Shown here in pieces: positions 36,417-45,497 of a stretch of DNA of 54,311 bases (position 1 is the stretch's first letter; each line of letters opens with the position of its first letter). The translations under genes were made by a program, and so were the position numbers. A model generated the notes under the pieces. It saw nothing but the letters and a program-made list of their open reading frames with translations. It searched no databases and was not told the DNA's origin. The DNA lies in the NCBI GenBank assembly GCA_045594445.1, contig JAZNYL010000020.1, positions 1-54,311 of the forward strand, read 5' to 3'. Source of the DNA: Eubacteriales bacterium. GTDB taxonomy: Bacteria > Bacillota > Clostridia > Oscillospirales > CAG-272.

Positions 36417-36438
36417 TCTGATCCCCGTATGAACGAGG

Positions 36439-36508
36439 GCCGCGCGCAGCAATTTCGCTGAGCGCGGCTTTTTTTGCCTTGACAAAGCGGGGAGTTGTAT
36501 GCTATACT
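36439..36508 (+). promoter_or_regulatory. Terminator + sigma-A promoter of lipoprotein 3
   Basis: Hairpin 36439-36475; TTGACA (36479)-18bp-TATACT (36503). Confidence 0.85.
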
Positions 36509-36540
36509 GAGAATATCATAAAGAAAAGGAAAGCCGAGAA

Positions 36541-38025
36541 ATGAAAAGATTTTTGACAGTATTGCTTGTTTTAGTGACCCTGCTTTCTACCCTGGCTGCT
36601 TGTGTGGATGCGCCCGTTGAGGAGGGCGGAACCGACGGCTCTGCCGTTGAGGAAACCACTGAGCTGTTGTACTTGGACAATCTTCCCGAGGATCTCAAGT
36701 TTAACGGGGAGGATATCGTGATCCTGAACCGCGCGCTGCAAGGATGGACGGCAGACGAGGTTGCCGTGCCCGAGCTCAATTCCGAGCCTGTGAACGACGC
36801 CATGTTCAACAGAAACGTGGCAATTGCCGACAGACTGAAGCTCAATATTGTCTCCGCTGCCCTGCAAGATCCGAGTGAGCAGCTGCCGATCGACGAGATC
36901 AAGCGTGCCGTCAAGGCCGGATCGGATGAGTACGACATGGTGGCTGCAGCCGCGTATGTGACCGCACCTGCCGTAGTGGAGGGCACGTTTATCGACCTGA
37001 CACAGTTGAATTACCTGGATCTTTCGCAGGATTACTGGATGCAGGATTATAACGAGGCGATTTCGTATCAGGGCATGCAGCATACTGCAACGGGTATGAT
37101 TGCGCTGTCCACCTATCGCTTTGTCTTTGTGACCATGTTCAATAAGGATGAATTTGACAACAAGAGCGTGCCGTACCTGTACGATGCGGTCTCCGATGGC
37201 GAATGGACGCTGGATTACCAGGCGACGCTTGCTGAGGATTTTTATCAGGACATCAACGGCTCTGGTAAAGCAGACGAGGGCGATTTCTACGGCTTTGTGT
37301 CCTGCTGGGGCATTAGTGTGGACGGATACTGGGCGTCCTGCGATTTGCCTATCGTGCAAAAGAACGAGGACGGTGAATACACGTACGTGCTGGATCTGGA
37401 GCGTTATTCCAACGTCATGGATAAAGTGCTGTATCTGTTTTACGGATACAATGGCACCGACATACACAGCCCGATTACGTACAACGTCGAGCAGGATAAT
37501 ATGAGAGAGATCTTTTCCCGCGGCGAGTGTGCCATGATCACGCTGCGTCTGATGGCGGTAGAGCAGCCGGACGTGCGTAATATGGAGCAGGCATACGGTA
37601 TCGTGCCAATGCCCAAATATGATGCTGCGCAGCCCGAATACGGCTCGGTCATGCACGACCAGTTCACGGTGTTCTCGGTTCCTGCATCGGCTGCTTCGGG
37701 CAAGTACGATATGATCGGTGCTGCCATGGAGGCTATGGCCTCCGAGTCCTTGCGGCTGGTACGCCCTGCATATTATGAGATCGCACTCAAGCGCAAGTAT
37801 ATGAGCGACCCTGTGGCGTGGGATATGCTGGATCTGATCTTCGCAGTCATGCGTACTGACCCTTCGTTTGTGTATATTACTTACATGGGCAGCCCGCATC
37901 ACACCATGCGTAATATCGCGCAAAGCAAGAAAAATACGGTTGCATCCTCGTGCAAAAAGCTGAACAATACCGTTTCCAGGCAGATCACCAAGCTGCAAAA
38001 AAAGCTGGAGAATTTAGCTGACTGA
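36541..38025 (+). CDS. Solute-binding-like lipoprotein, paralog 3 of 5
   Basis: Same conserved blocks; lipobox LAAC; 494 aa. Confidence 0.85.
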   Translation: MKRFLTVLLVLVTLLSTLAACVDAPVEEGGTDGSAVEETTELLYLDNLPEDLKFNGEDIVILNRALQGWTADEVAVPELNSEPVNDAMFNRNVAIADRLKLNIVSAALQDPSEQLPIDEIKRAVKAGSDEYDMVAAAAYVTAPAVVEGTFIDLTQLNYLDLSQDYWMQDYNEAISYQGMQHTATGMIALSTYRFVFVTMFNKDEFDNKSVPYLYDAVSDGEWTLDYQATLAEDFYQDINGSGKADEGDFYGFVSCWGISVDGYWASCDLPIVQKNEDGEYTYVLDLERYSNVMDKVLYLFYGYNGTDIHSPITYNVEQDNMREIFSRGECAMITLRLMAVEQPDVRNMEQAYGIVPMPKYDAAQPEYGSVMHDQFTVFSVPASAASGKYDMIGAAMEAMASESLRLVRPAYYEIALKRKYMSDPVAWDMLDLIFAVMRTDPSFVYITYMGSPHHTMRNIAQSKKNTVASSCKKLNNTVSRQITKLQKKLENLAD

Positions 38026-38037
38026 TCAAACCGAATG

Positions 38038-38105
38038 AAAAAGTGGCAAGCTCACAGAAGTTTGCCACTTTTTTCTTGACAAAGCAAGCTTTATTATGAT
38101 ATACT
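38038..38105 (+). promoter_or_regulatory. Terminator + sigma-A promoter of lipoprotein 4
   Basis: Hairpin 38038-38074; TTGACA (38076)-18bp-TATACT (38100). Confidence 0.85.
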
Positions 38106-38139
38106 GAGGACAACGAACAAGAAAGAGAGTGTGACCCCG

Positions 38140-39618
38140 ATGAAAAAATTTTTAGCATTGCTTCTCGTTTTCGCCACACTGATCTCTGTGCTGGTCGCCT
38201 GTGCGGACACAGGGGACGAGCAGGCGGAGGATTCAACGGTTGCCGAGGAGAACACCGAGCTTTTGCAGCTGGATAATATTCCGGACAGTCTGAAATATGA
38301 CGGTGAGGAGGTTACCATTGTCAGCCGTGCGTTCCTTGGCTGGACCTGGGATGAGGTCGCCGTACCCGAGCTGAACTCCGAGCCGGTCAACGACGCCGTT
38401 TTTAACAGAAACGTGACAGTCGGGGACAGACTTGGCATCAATATCGTTTCTCATGCCATTGACGATGCAGATCAGGCAAAGCCGATCGCAGAGGTGCAGC
38501 GCGCCGTGCTGGCGGGCTCTGCCGAGTTCGACCTGCTGGCGGGTGCTGCTTATCTTGTGCTGCAGGAGTCTTTGGAGGGTCTGTTCTGCGATATGACGCA
38601 GCTGGATTACCTGGATCTTTCGCAGGAATATTGGATGCAGGATTATAATAATGTGATCTCTTATCACGACAGGCAGTACAGCGCAACCGGTATGATCGCG
38701 CTGTCCACCTACCGCTTTGCTTTCGTGACGCTGTTCAATAAGAATCAGTTTGACAATAAGAACGTGCCCTACCTGTACGAGGCGGTCAATAACGGCGAAT
38801 GGACGCTGGACTATCAGTCTGTGCTCGCCGAGGACTTTTATCAGGACCTGAACGGTGACGGCAAAAAGGACGAGGACGATTTCTACGGTCTGATCACCTC
38901 TCCCTATATCAGCACCGACCCCTATTGGGCATCCTGCGATCTGACCCTGGTGGAAAAGAACGCGGACGGCGAATATGAATACGTGCTGGATTCGGCAAGA
39001 CTGTCCGATGCGACCGACAAGATCCTGCAGCTGTTCTATGAGAGCGGCACTTACGTGTATCCGCACACCAACTACGACGCTGAGCAGGACGATATCCGCA
39101 TTGCGTTTGCAAAAGGCAACGGTGCGATGTGCACCACCCGTCTTGTTGCGGTCGAGCAGGCAGACGTGCGTAATATGGAGGAGCAGTACGGTATCGTGCC
39201 CATGCCCAAATTCAATCAGGAGCAGGAGAAGTACGGCACGCTGATGCACGACCAGTTCACGGTATATGCCATCCCCGCTACGGCAGACGCAACCAGATTC
39301 GATATGCTGGGTGCGGTGCTGGAGGTCATGGCTTCCGAGTCCTTGCGTCAGGTCAAGCCCGCGTATTACGAGATCGCGCTCAAGCGTAAGTACATGAGTG
39401 ACCCGGTCGCGTGGGAGATGCTGGATATGATTTTCGACACGGTCAGGATCGACGCGGGCATCGTGTACACCAACGCACTGGGCAACCCGCACGACCAGCT
39501 GCGACAGATCATTACCTCCAAGAAGAACACGGTTGCTTCCAGGTATAAGAAAATGGATAAAACGGTGGCAAAGAATCTGTCCAAGATGGAAAAGAAATTT
39601 GAAAAGCTGGAGCAGTAA
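38140..39618 (+). CDS. Solute-binding-like lipoprotein, paralog 4 of 5
   Basis: Same conserved blocks; lipobox LVAC; 492 aa. Confidence 0.85.
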   Translation: MKKFLALLLVFATLISVLVACADTGDEQAEDSTVAEENTELLQLDNIPDSLKYDGEEVTIVSRAFLGWTWDEVAVPELNSEPVNDAVFNRNVTVGDRLGINIVSHAIDDADQAKPIAEVQRAVLAGSAEFDLLAGAAYLVLQESLEGLFCDMTQLDYLDLSQEYWMQDYNNVISYHDRQYSATGMIALSTYRFAFVTLFNKNQFDNKNVPYLYEAVNNGEWTLDYQSVLAEDFYQDLNGDGKKDEDDFYGLITSPYISTDPYWASCDLTLVEKNADGEYEYVLDSARLSDATDKILQLFYESGTYVYPHTNYDAEQDDIRIAFAKGNGAMCTTRLVAVEQADVRNMEEQYGIVPMPKFNQEQEKYGTLMHDQFTVYAIPATADATRFDMLGAVLEVMASESLRQVKPAYYEIALKRKYMSDPVAWEMLDMIFDTVRIDAGIVYTNALGNPHDQLRQIITSKKNTVASRYKKMDKTVAKNLSKMEKKFEKLEQ

Positions 39619-39625
39619 GAAAAGC

Positions 39626-39687
39626 AGCGGAGTGGTGTGAAGCCACTCCGCTTTTTTCTTGACAAAGTTACAAGGATATGTTATACT
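39626..39687 (+). promoter_or_regulatory. Terminator + sigma-A promoter of lipoprotein 5
   Basis: Hairpin 39626-39657; TTGACA (39659)-17bp-TATACT (39682). Confidence 0.85.
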
Positions 39688-39720
39688 GAATTCAATTCAT
39701 TATGAAAGAGAGTGACTGCC

Positions 39721-41193
39721 ATGAAAAAGCTTTTCGCATTACTCCTGTTGCTTGCAACCATGCTTTCGCTGCTTGCTGCCTGTGTGGATCCCGGCGAGCA
39801 AGAAGAACAGACGTCGGCTTCTGCCGAGTCGGCCGAAACTGCTTTCCTGGACGCCGTACCGGATGAGTTGGACTTTGACGGAGACGACGTCGTCATCATC
39901 AGCCGTGCACTGCAGGGCTGGACGTGGGATGAGGTTTCGGTTCCCGAGCTCAATTCCGAGCCGGTCAACGATGCCATCTATAACCGCAATCTCGTAGTCA
40001 ACGATCGCCTGGGCGTCAATATCGTGTCCCATGCCCTGGACGATCCCAGCCCCGAGCCGCCCGTACAGGCGGTACGTGACGCCGTGCTGGCGGGATCGGA
40101 CGAGTACGATCTGCTGGCGGGTGCGTGCTACCTGGTGATGTATACCACGCTGGAGGGCAACTTCCGCGATCTGACCCAGATGACGTATCTGGACCTGTCG
40201 CAGAACTATTGGACGCAGGATTATAACAACACCCTGTCCTATGACGGCAGACAATACAGTGCAACGGGTATGATTGCACTCTCAAACTACCGCTTTGCGT
40301 TCGTGACCGCGTTCAACAAGACCGCGTTTGATGACAGAAGCCTGCCGTACCTGTACGAGGCGGTTGAGAGCGGTGAGTGGACGCTGGACTATCAGGCAAC
40401 GCTGTCGGAAAACTTTTACCGTGACCTCAACGGTAACGGAGAGGCGGACAAGGATGACTTTTACGGTCTGATCACCTCTTCGGGTATCAGCACCGACCCC
40501 TATTGGGTGTCCTGTGATATTTCGCTGCTGGAAAAGAATCCCGACGGCGAATACGAATACGTGCTGGATCTGCAGAAGCTGTCGGATGCGACCGATAAAA
40601 TTTTGAATCTGTATTACGAGAGCGGCTCTTACGTATATGCCGGTGACGATGCCGATACCGAGCAGGACGAGCTCCGCCGCGATTTCACGGCAGGCAAGGC
40701 GGCGATGATCACCACGCGTCTGGTTGCGGTCGAGCAGGCAGACGTGCGTAACATGAAGGATCCGTACGGCATCGTGCCTATGCCCAAGTTTGACAAGGCG
40801 CAAAAGGACTACGGCACGCTTCAGCACGACCAGATCACGGTGTACGGCATTCCCGTAACAGTCGCGGAGAACAGAGTCGAGATGCTGGGTGCAGTGCTTG
40901 AGGTCATGGCCTCGGAGAGTGCACGCACGGTCAAACCTGCGTATTATGAGGTTGCGCTCAAGCGTAAGTATATGAGTGACCCTGTTGCGTGGGAAATGCT
41001 GGATAAGATCTTTGATACCGTCCGCATCGACGCGGGTGTCGTGTACGTTTCGGTTATCGGCGGACCGCACGCGCTGCTGCGCGACATTGCCGCATCCAAG
41101 CAGAATACCGTGTCCTCCACGTATTCCAAGCTTGCCAAGAGCATCCGAAAGTCCTTGGATGAGATGCACGAGAAGCTGGATGAGCTGCAATAA
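39721..41193 (+). CDS. Solute-binding-like lipoprotein, paralog 5 of 5
   Basis: Same conserved blocks; lipobox LAAC; 490 aa. Confidence 0.85.
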   Translation: MKKLFALLLLLATMLSLLAACVDPGEQEEQTSASAESAETAFLDAVPDELDFDGDDVVIISRALQGWTWDEVSVPELNSEPVNDAIYNRNLVVNDRLGVNIVSHALDDPSPEPPVQAVRDAVLAGSDEYDLLAGACYLVMYTTLEGNFRDLTQMTYLDLSQNYWTQDYNNTLSYDGRQYSATGMIALSNYRFAFVTAFNKTAFDDRSLPYLYEAVESGEWTLDYQATLSENFYRDLNGNGEADKDDFYGLITSSGISTDPYWVSCDISLLEKNPDGEYEYVLDLQKLSDATDKILNLYYESGSYVYAGDDADTEQDELRRDFTAGKAAMITTRLVAVEQADVRNMKDPYGIVPMPKFDKAQKDYGTLQHDQITVYGIPVTVAENRVEMLGAVLEVMASESARTVKPAYYEVALKRKYMSDPVAWEMLDKIFDTVRIDAGVVYVSVIGGPHALLRDIAASKQNTVSSTYSKLAKSIRKSLDEMHEKLDELQ

Positions 41194-41214
41194 ATGCAAA
41201 ATGAATAAGAAAAA

Positions 41215-41564
41215 CAGCCCGATGGGGCGTGAAAAATTAGCGGCCGAATAAATAAAAGCAGAAGTCAGAGATGGCTTCTGCTTTTGGCTTTTATGATGCA
41301 CAACTCCGCCCGTGTCATCCTGAGCGGAACGAAGTGGAGTCGAACGCGGAGCGCGACACGGAGTGTCGGGATTTACGGGCGAATGATGTTGCCCCTCGTA
41401 GATCCTCAAAACGCTGCAAGCGTTTTGACTTTCAAAAATCAGCAATTTGTTGCAGATTTTTGAAAGTTCGACTACGAAAACATCCACACGGGATGTTTTC
41501 TCCGCTCAGGATGACACGAGGGGGATTGCGCTTTTCCCGCTTATTCCGCAGCCCCATGGGGCTG
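41215..41564 (-). mobile_element. MITE/REP-like element, copy 3 (inverted)
   Basis: Reverse complement closely matches 7021-7367; IR 41311-41328 / 41501-41518. Confidence 0.88.
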
Positions 41565-41574
41565 CTTTTTATTT

Positions 41575-41964
41575 TTACTCCGCGGTCAACGTCACGGTCA
41601 ATTCAAATGCATCGCCAAAATGATATTCCTCGGAATCCTTGGCAAAGCCCTCGGGCACGCTGACGATGGTGATATGGAAATTGCTCTCTGCCTCGGTCAG
41701 GGTGACAACGCCCTCGGCGTTTGTGGTCATGGGCATGCGGCAGCCGTTATCGTCGCAGAACTGGACACCAACGCCGGATACGGGCGCACCGCTCGGATCA
41801 AGCACGGTGACAGTATAGGTGACGTTGCTGTCGGCATTTTGCTCTGTACCTTCTCCCTCGGGCGCGGGAGCATCGCAGCCGATCAGCAAAAGAGAGAGCG
41901 AAAGCAGCAGCGCAAGTGAGAGCAGCGCGGATTTTGTGATGGTTTTCATATTCAGATATTTCAT
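41575..41964 (-). CDS. Small lipoprotein with a beta-sandwich (carboxypeptidase-regulatory/Cna-like) domain
   Basis: Lipobox LIGC; YTVTVLDPSGAPVSGVGVQFC...C...TTNAEG...VPEGF. Start may be 41949. Confidence 0.75.
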   Translation of the reverse strand: MKYLNMKTITKSALLSLALLLSLSLLLIGCDAPAPEGEGTEQNADSNVTYTVTVLDPSGAPVSGVGVQFCDDNGCRMPMTTNAEGVVTLTEAESNFHITIVSVPEGFAKDSEEYHFGDAFELTVTLTAE

Positions 41965-42002
41965 ATATATTTCCTCTTTTCGGTCAAATGGATGATGGGA
42001 TA

Positions 42003-42031
42003 ATTATAGCATAATGGCACGAAGTTGTCAA
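42003..42031 (-). promoter_or_regulatory. Consensus sigma-A promoter
   Basis: Minus strand TTGACA-17bp-TATAAT with extended TG. Confidence 0.85.
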
Positions 42032-42080
42032 GCAAAGAGCCCCGCCTCCACGGAATGAATTAGGGTATGTGACATTGAGA

Positions 42081-42315
42081 AAACCCTCTCCGTTCTTTTT
42101 GAGCAAAGAGGCCCAAAGAAGAACATATTTGCTTCGCAAATTAAACGCCGAAAAAAGCTTCGCCTCTGCGGAGGCGACGAGGGCGCTGCCGGTTGACTTT
42201 TGGATGCTGAATTTTGATGAAATTCAGCATCGGGTGGCGTCACTTACACTCGAAAGTATAACGACATTCACACGCCACCATGCTTTTCTGAAAAGGCTCG
42301 ACCCAAACTTTCATC
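42081..42315. repeat. Multi-hairpin intergenic element (single copy in window)
   Basis: Stems at 42127-42141, 42160-42177, 42203-42231, 42233-42279, 42283-42295. Confidence 0.5.
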
Positions 42316-42333
42316 CTGTTGGAGTGAACCAAC

Positions 42334-42363
42334 AGAAAAACACCGCCCGAGCGGTGTTTTTCT
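42334..42363 (-). terminator. pyk terminator
   Basis: AGAAAAACACCGC-CCGA-GCGGTGTTTTTCT. Confidence 0.85.
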
Positions 42364-42377
42364 TTCATTTACTCAAA

Positions 42378-43796
42378 TCAATAAATCTGCTCAACCTTGA
42401 TCAAGCTGGTCTTGCCCGATACGCCCGTGGTGTCGCCACCCGTGATCACGATGCTGTCACCCTTCTCCATCGGCAGCAGCTTGGGTGCCATCTTGGTTGC
42501 CGTGTAGAACAACACGTCGGTCGAGGGGTACTTCTCGCACAGCGCGGGTGTCACACCCCAGGAAAGCGCCAGCTTGCGGTAGGTGTTCTCGTCGGTGGTC
42601 AGACCAATGATATCCACGGGGCAGCGGAAACGCGAAACCATGCGCGCGGTCATACCCGAAAGCGAGCAGGCCACGATGGCCTTTGCGCCAATGTCGATCG
42701 CCACCGCACAGGTTGCGTGCGAAATGGCGTCTACCGTGTTCTTGATTCTGAACTCGGTGCCGTAGAAAATGTCGGTATAATCAATGTTATTCTCGGTGGT
42801 CTCCGCGATCTTGGACATGACCTGCACCGTCTGCACGGGGTACTTACCCATAGCAGTCTCACCCGACAGCATGATAGCGCTGGTACCGTCGTAAACTGCG
42901 TTTGCAACGTCCGAAATCTCAGCTCTGGTGGGTCTGGGATTATAGATCATGCTCTCAAGCATCTCGGTTGCGGTAATGACTCGCTTGCCAAGCATTCTGC
43001 ACTTGGTGATCAGCGTCTTCTGCATTGCGGGCAGCTGCTCAAACGGCACTTCCACACCCATATCGCCGCGCGCGACCATAATGCCGTCGCAAACCTCGCA
43101 GATTTCTTCAATGTGGTCGTATCCCGACTGGTTCTCGATCTTGGCGATCAGATCCACCTTGCCCTCGCCGCCGATTTCGGCAAGGAAATTGTGCACGTCG
43201 ATCAGATCCTGCTTGCAGGAAACGAACGAGCACGCAATGAAATCCACGCCGTTCTTGATGCCGAACGCAATATCCGACTTATCCTGATCCGAAAGGTACT
43301 TCTGCTTCATGACCTTGCCGGGGAAGCTCATGCTCTTGCGGTTGGAAAGCTCTCCGCCGCAAACCACGCGGCAATGGATATTCTTTCCCTCAATTTCTTC
43401 CACGTGGAAGATGAGCAGACCGTTGTTGAGCAGGATGGTGTCACCGGGTACCAGCTCGTGCACCAGCTCCGCATAGCTGACCGACACGATGCTGTCGTTG
43501 CCCTCCACCTCTTCGGTGGTAAAGGTGAATTTCTGTCCATCTGCCAGCGTTACACTGCCATTCTCAAAGGTCTTGATACGGTATTCGGGACCCTTGGTGT
43601 CCAGCATAATGGCAATGGGCATGTCCAGCTCGGATCTCACCTTTTTGATGCTGTCTATTCTTAATTGATGATCTTCGTGTGTATTATGGGAAAAGTTGAG
43701 TCTGGCTACGTTCATACCGGCCTTGCAAAGGCCCTTCAAAGTATCCTCATCTTGCGTTGCAGGTCCGATGGTGCAAATAATTTTCGTTTTGCGCAT
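42378..43796 (-). CDS. pyk: Pyruvate kinase
   Basis: MRKTKIICTIGP, ARLNFSH, DTKGPE, IAKIEN, MVARGDMGVE, ATEMLESM, MLSGETA. ATG 43796 after GGAGG; promoter TTGCAA-17-TATAAT at 43853-43825. Confidence 0.97.
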   Translation of the reverse strand: MRKTKIICTIGPATQDEDTLKGLCKAGMNVARLNFSHNTHEDHQLRIDSIKKVRSELDMPIAIMLDTKGPEYRIKTFENGSVTLADGQKFTFTTEEVEGNDSIVSVSYAELVHELVPGDTILLNNGLLIFHVEEIEGKNIHCRVVCGGELSNRKSMSFPGKVMKQKYLSDQDKSDIAFGIKNGVDFIACSFVSCKQDLIDVHNFLAEIGGEGKVDLIAKIENQSGYDHIEEICEVCDGIMVARGDMGVEVPFEQLPAMQKTLITKCRMLGKRVITATEMLESMIYNPRPTRAEISDVANAVYDGTSAIMLSGETAMGKYPVQTVQVMSKIAETTENNIDYTDIFYGTEFRIKNTVDAISHATCAVAIDIGAKAIVACSLSGMTARMVSRFRCPVDIIGLTTDENTYRKLALSWGVTPALCEKYPSTDVLFYTATKMAPKLLPMEKGDSIVITGGDTTGVSGKTSLIKVEQIY

Positions 43797-44012
43797 ATTA
43801 ACCTCCACAATATATTCTGAATTTATTATAACACACGCCATACGCCTTTGCAAGGGCAAATCCCATCTTTTTACTGAAATTTATGCGTCCTTGCATGGGG
43901 CAAATTGTCGAATTTCCGTATATACTGCAATATAAAAGTGCGGGCGACTAAACGGATGCGTGCGCGGCAACAATGAAAATACATCACACCAACATATACA
44001 GGAGGCAGGACC

Positions 44013-44417
44013 ATGATGACCGTAAAACGCGGTGATATTTATTACGCAGATCTCTCGCCCGTGGTGGGCTCGGAGCAAGGGGGGCTTCGCCCCGTGCTGA
44101 TCATACAAAACGACGTGGGAAACAAGTACAGCCCCACCGTGATCGCCGCGGCGATCCCCTCGCGCATGGGTAAGACAAAGCTGCCCACACACATTGACAT
44201 ATACGCCGATAAGGCAGGGCTGGCCAAGGATTCGATCATTCTGCTGGAGCAGATCCGCACGCTTGATAAGCGCAGACTCAAGGAAAAAATGGGGCACTTG
44301 GACGAGAGCGCCATGCTTCGCGTGGACAACGCCATTGCCATCAGCTTTGGCCTTGGCACGGGAAACGGCGCCGCCGTGGCGTCCAAAGACCCCTCCGAAG
44401 GTCAGCCTATCGGTTAA
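44013..44417 (+). CDS. ndoA: PemK/MazF-family endoribonuclease (EndoA-like), no adjacent antitoxin
   Basis: [33 protein letters not shown]...KLPTHI...[14 protein letters not shown]. Confidence 0.92.
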   Translation: MMTVKRGDIYYADLSPVVGSEQGGLRPVLIIQNDVGNKYSPTVIAAAIPSRMGKTKLPTHIDIYADKAGLAKDSIILLEQIRTLDKRRLKEKMGHLDESAMLRVDNAIAISFGLGTGNGAAVASKDPSEGQPIG

Positions 44418-44505
44418 AAATTTATGAAAATACAGATTTGCTATTGATTTTAAGCATACTTTATGGTAAAATAACGGTAGTATTTTTTACCGGAGGACAT
44501 CCAAA

Positions 44506-45441
44506 ATGGCACTTGTAACAACGACAGAAATGTTCAAGAAGGCTTACCGCGGCGGCTACGCCATCGGCGCTTTCAACATCAACAACATGGAAATTATCCA
44601 GGCGATCACCGAGGCAGCAAGAGAAGAAAACTCTCCCGTTATTCTGCAGGTCTCCGCAGGCGCACGTAAGTACGCAAAGCACGAATACCTCATGGGCCTT
44701 GCGCAGGCTGCTATCCGTGACACCGATATTGATCTGGCCCTTCACCTGGACCACGGCGCAGATTTCGAGATCTGCAAGGCTTGCATCGACGGCGGCTTTA
44801 CCTCCGTTATGATCGACGGCTCTCACCACTCCTTTGAGGACAACATCGCGCTGACCCGCAAGGTCGTTGAGTACGCACACGCACACGGCGTTGTGGTTGA
44901 GGGTGAGCTTGGTAAGCTGGCCGGCATTGAGGACGACGTCAAGGTCAAGGCAGAGGACGCTATGTTCACCAACCCCGACGAGGTTGAGGAATTCGTCACC
45001 CGCACAGGCGTTGACTCCCTGGCAATCGCCATCGGCACCAGCCACGGTGCATATAAGTTCAAGCCCGGCACCAAGCCTCAGCTCCGCTTTGACGTGCTGG
45101 AGGAGATCTCCAAGAGACTGCCCGAGTTCCCCATCGTTCTGCACGGTGCTTCTTCCGTTCCTCAGGAGTACGTTCGTGAGATCAACGCGCTCGGTGGCAA
45201 CCTGCCCGACGCGATCGGTATCCCCGAGGATATGCTGCGCCAGGCTGCTTCTATGGCAGTTTGCAAGATCAACATCGACTCGGATATCCGTCTGGCTATG
45301 ACCGCAGGCATCCGCCGCGTGCTCGTAGAGCAGCCCGACGTCTTTGACCCCCGCAGCTACCTGACCGTCGCACGCAGCGAGGTTAAGAAGATGGTTCAGC
45401 ACAAGATCAGAAACGTGCTGGGCTCCTCTAACACCCTTTAA
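44506..45441 (+). CDS. fba: Class II fructose-1,6-bisphosphate aldolase
   Basis: AIGAFN, LHLDHG, FTSVMIDGS, VEGELG, AIGTSHGAYK, IVLHGAS, KINIDSD. Confidence 0.97.
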   Translation: MALVTTTEMFKKAYRGGYAIGAFNINNMEIIQAITEAAREENSPVILQVSAGARKYAKHEYLMGLAQAAIRDTDIDLALHLDHGADFEICKACIDGGFTSVMIDGSHHSFEDNIALTRKVVEYAHAHGVVVEGELGKLAGIEDDVKVKAEDAMFTNPDEVEEFVTRTGVDSLAIAIGTSHGAYKFKPGTKPQLRFDVLEEISKRLPEFPIVLHGASSVPQEYVREINALGGNLPDAIGIPEDMLRQAASMAVCKINIDSDIRLAMTAGIRRVLVEQPDVFDPRSYLTVARSEVKKMVQHKIRNVLGSSNTL

Positions 45442-45453
45442 TTCGACCACACC

Positions 45454-45487
45454 GGAGCTGTCTTTGTCTATAAGGCAGCTCCTTTTT
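45454..45487 (+). terminator. fba terminator
   Basis: GGAGCTGTCTT...AAGGCAGCTCC-TTTTT. Confidence 0.75.
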
Positions 45488-45497
45488 GGAGGTATCC

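Noticed and set aside
33337-41193. Diversity-generating retroelement or invertase shufflon as the source of lipoprotein variation
   Set aside because: No reverse transcriptase or recombinase gene, no near-identical TR/VR pair with adenine-specific differences, and all copies are co-oriented, complete and promoted.
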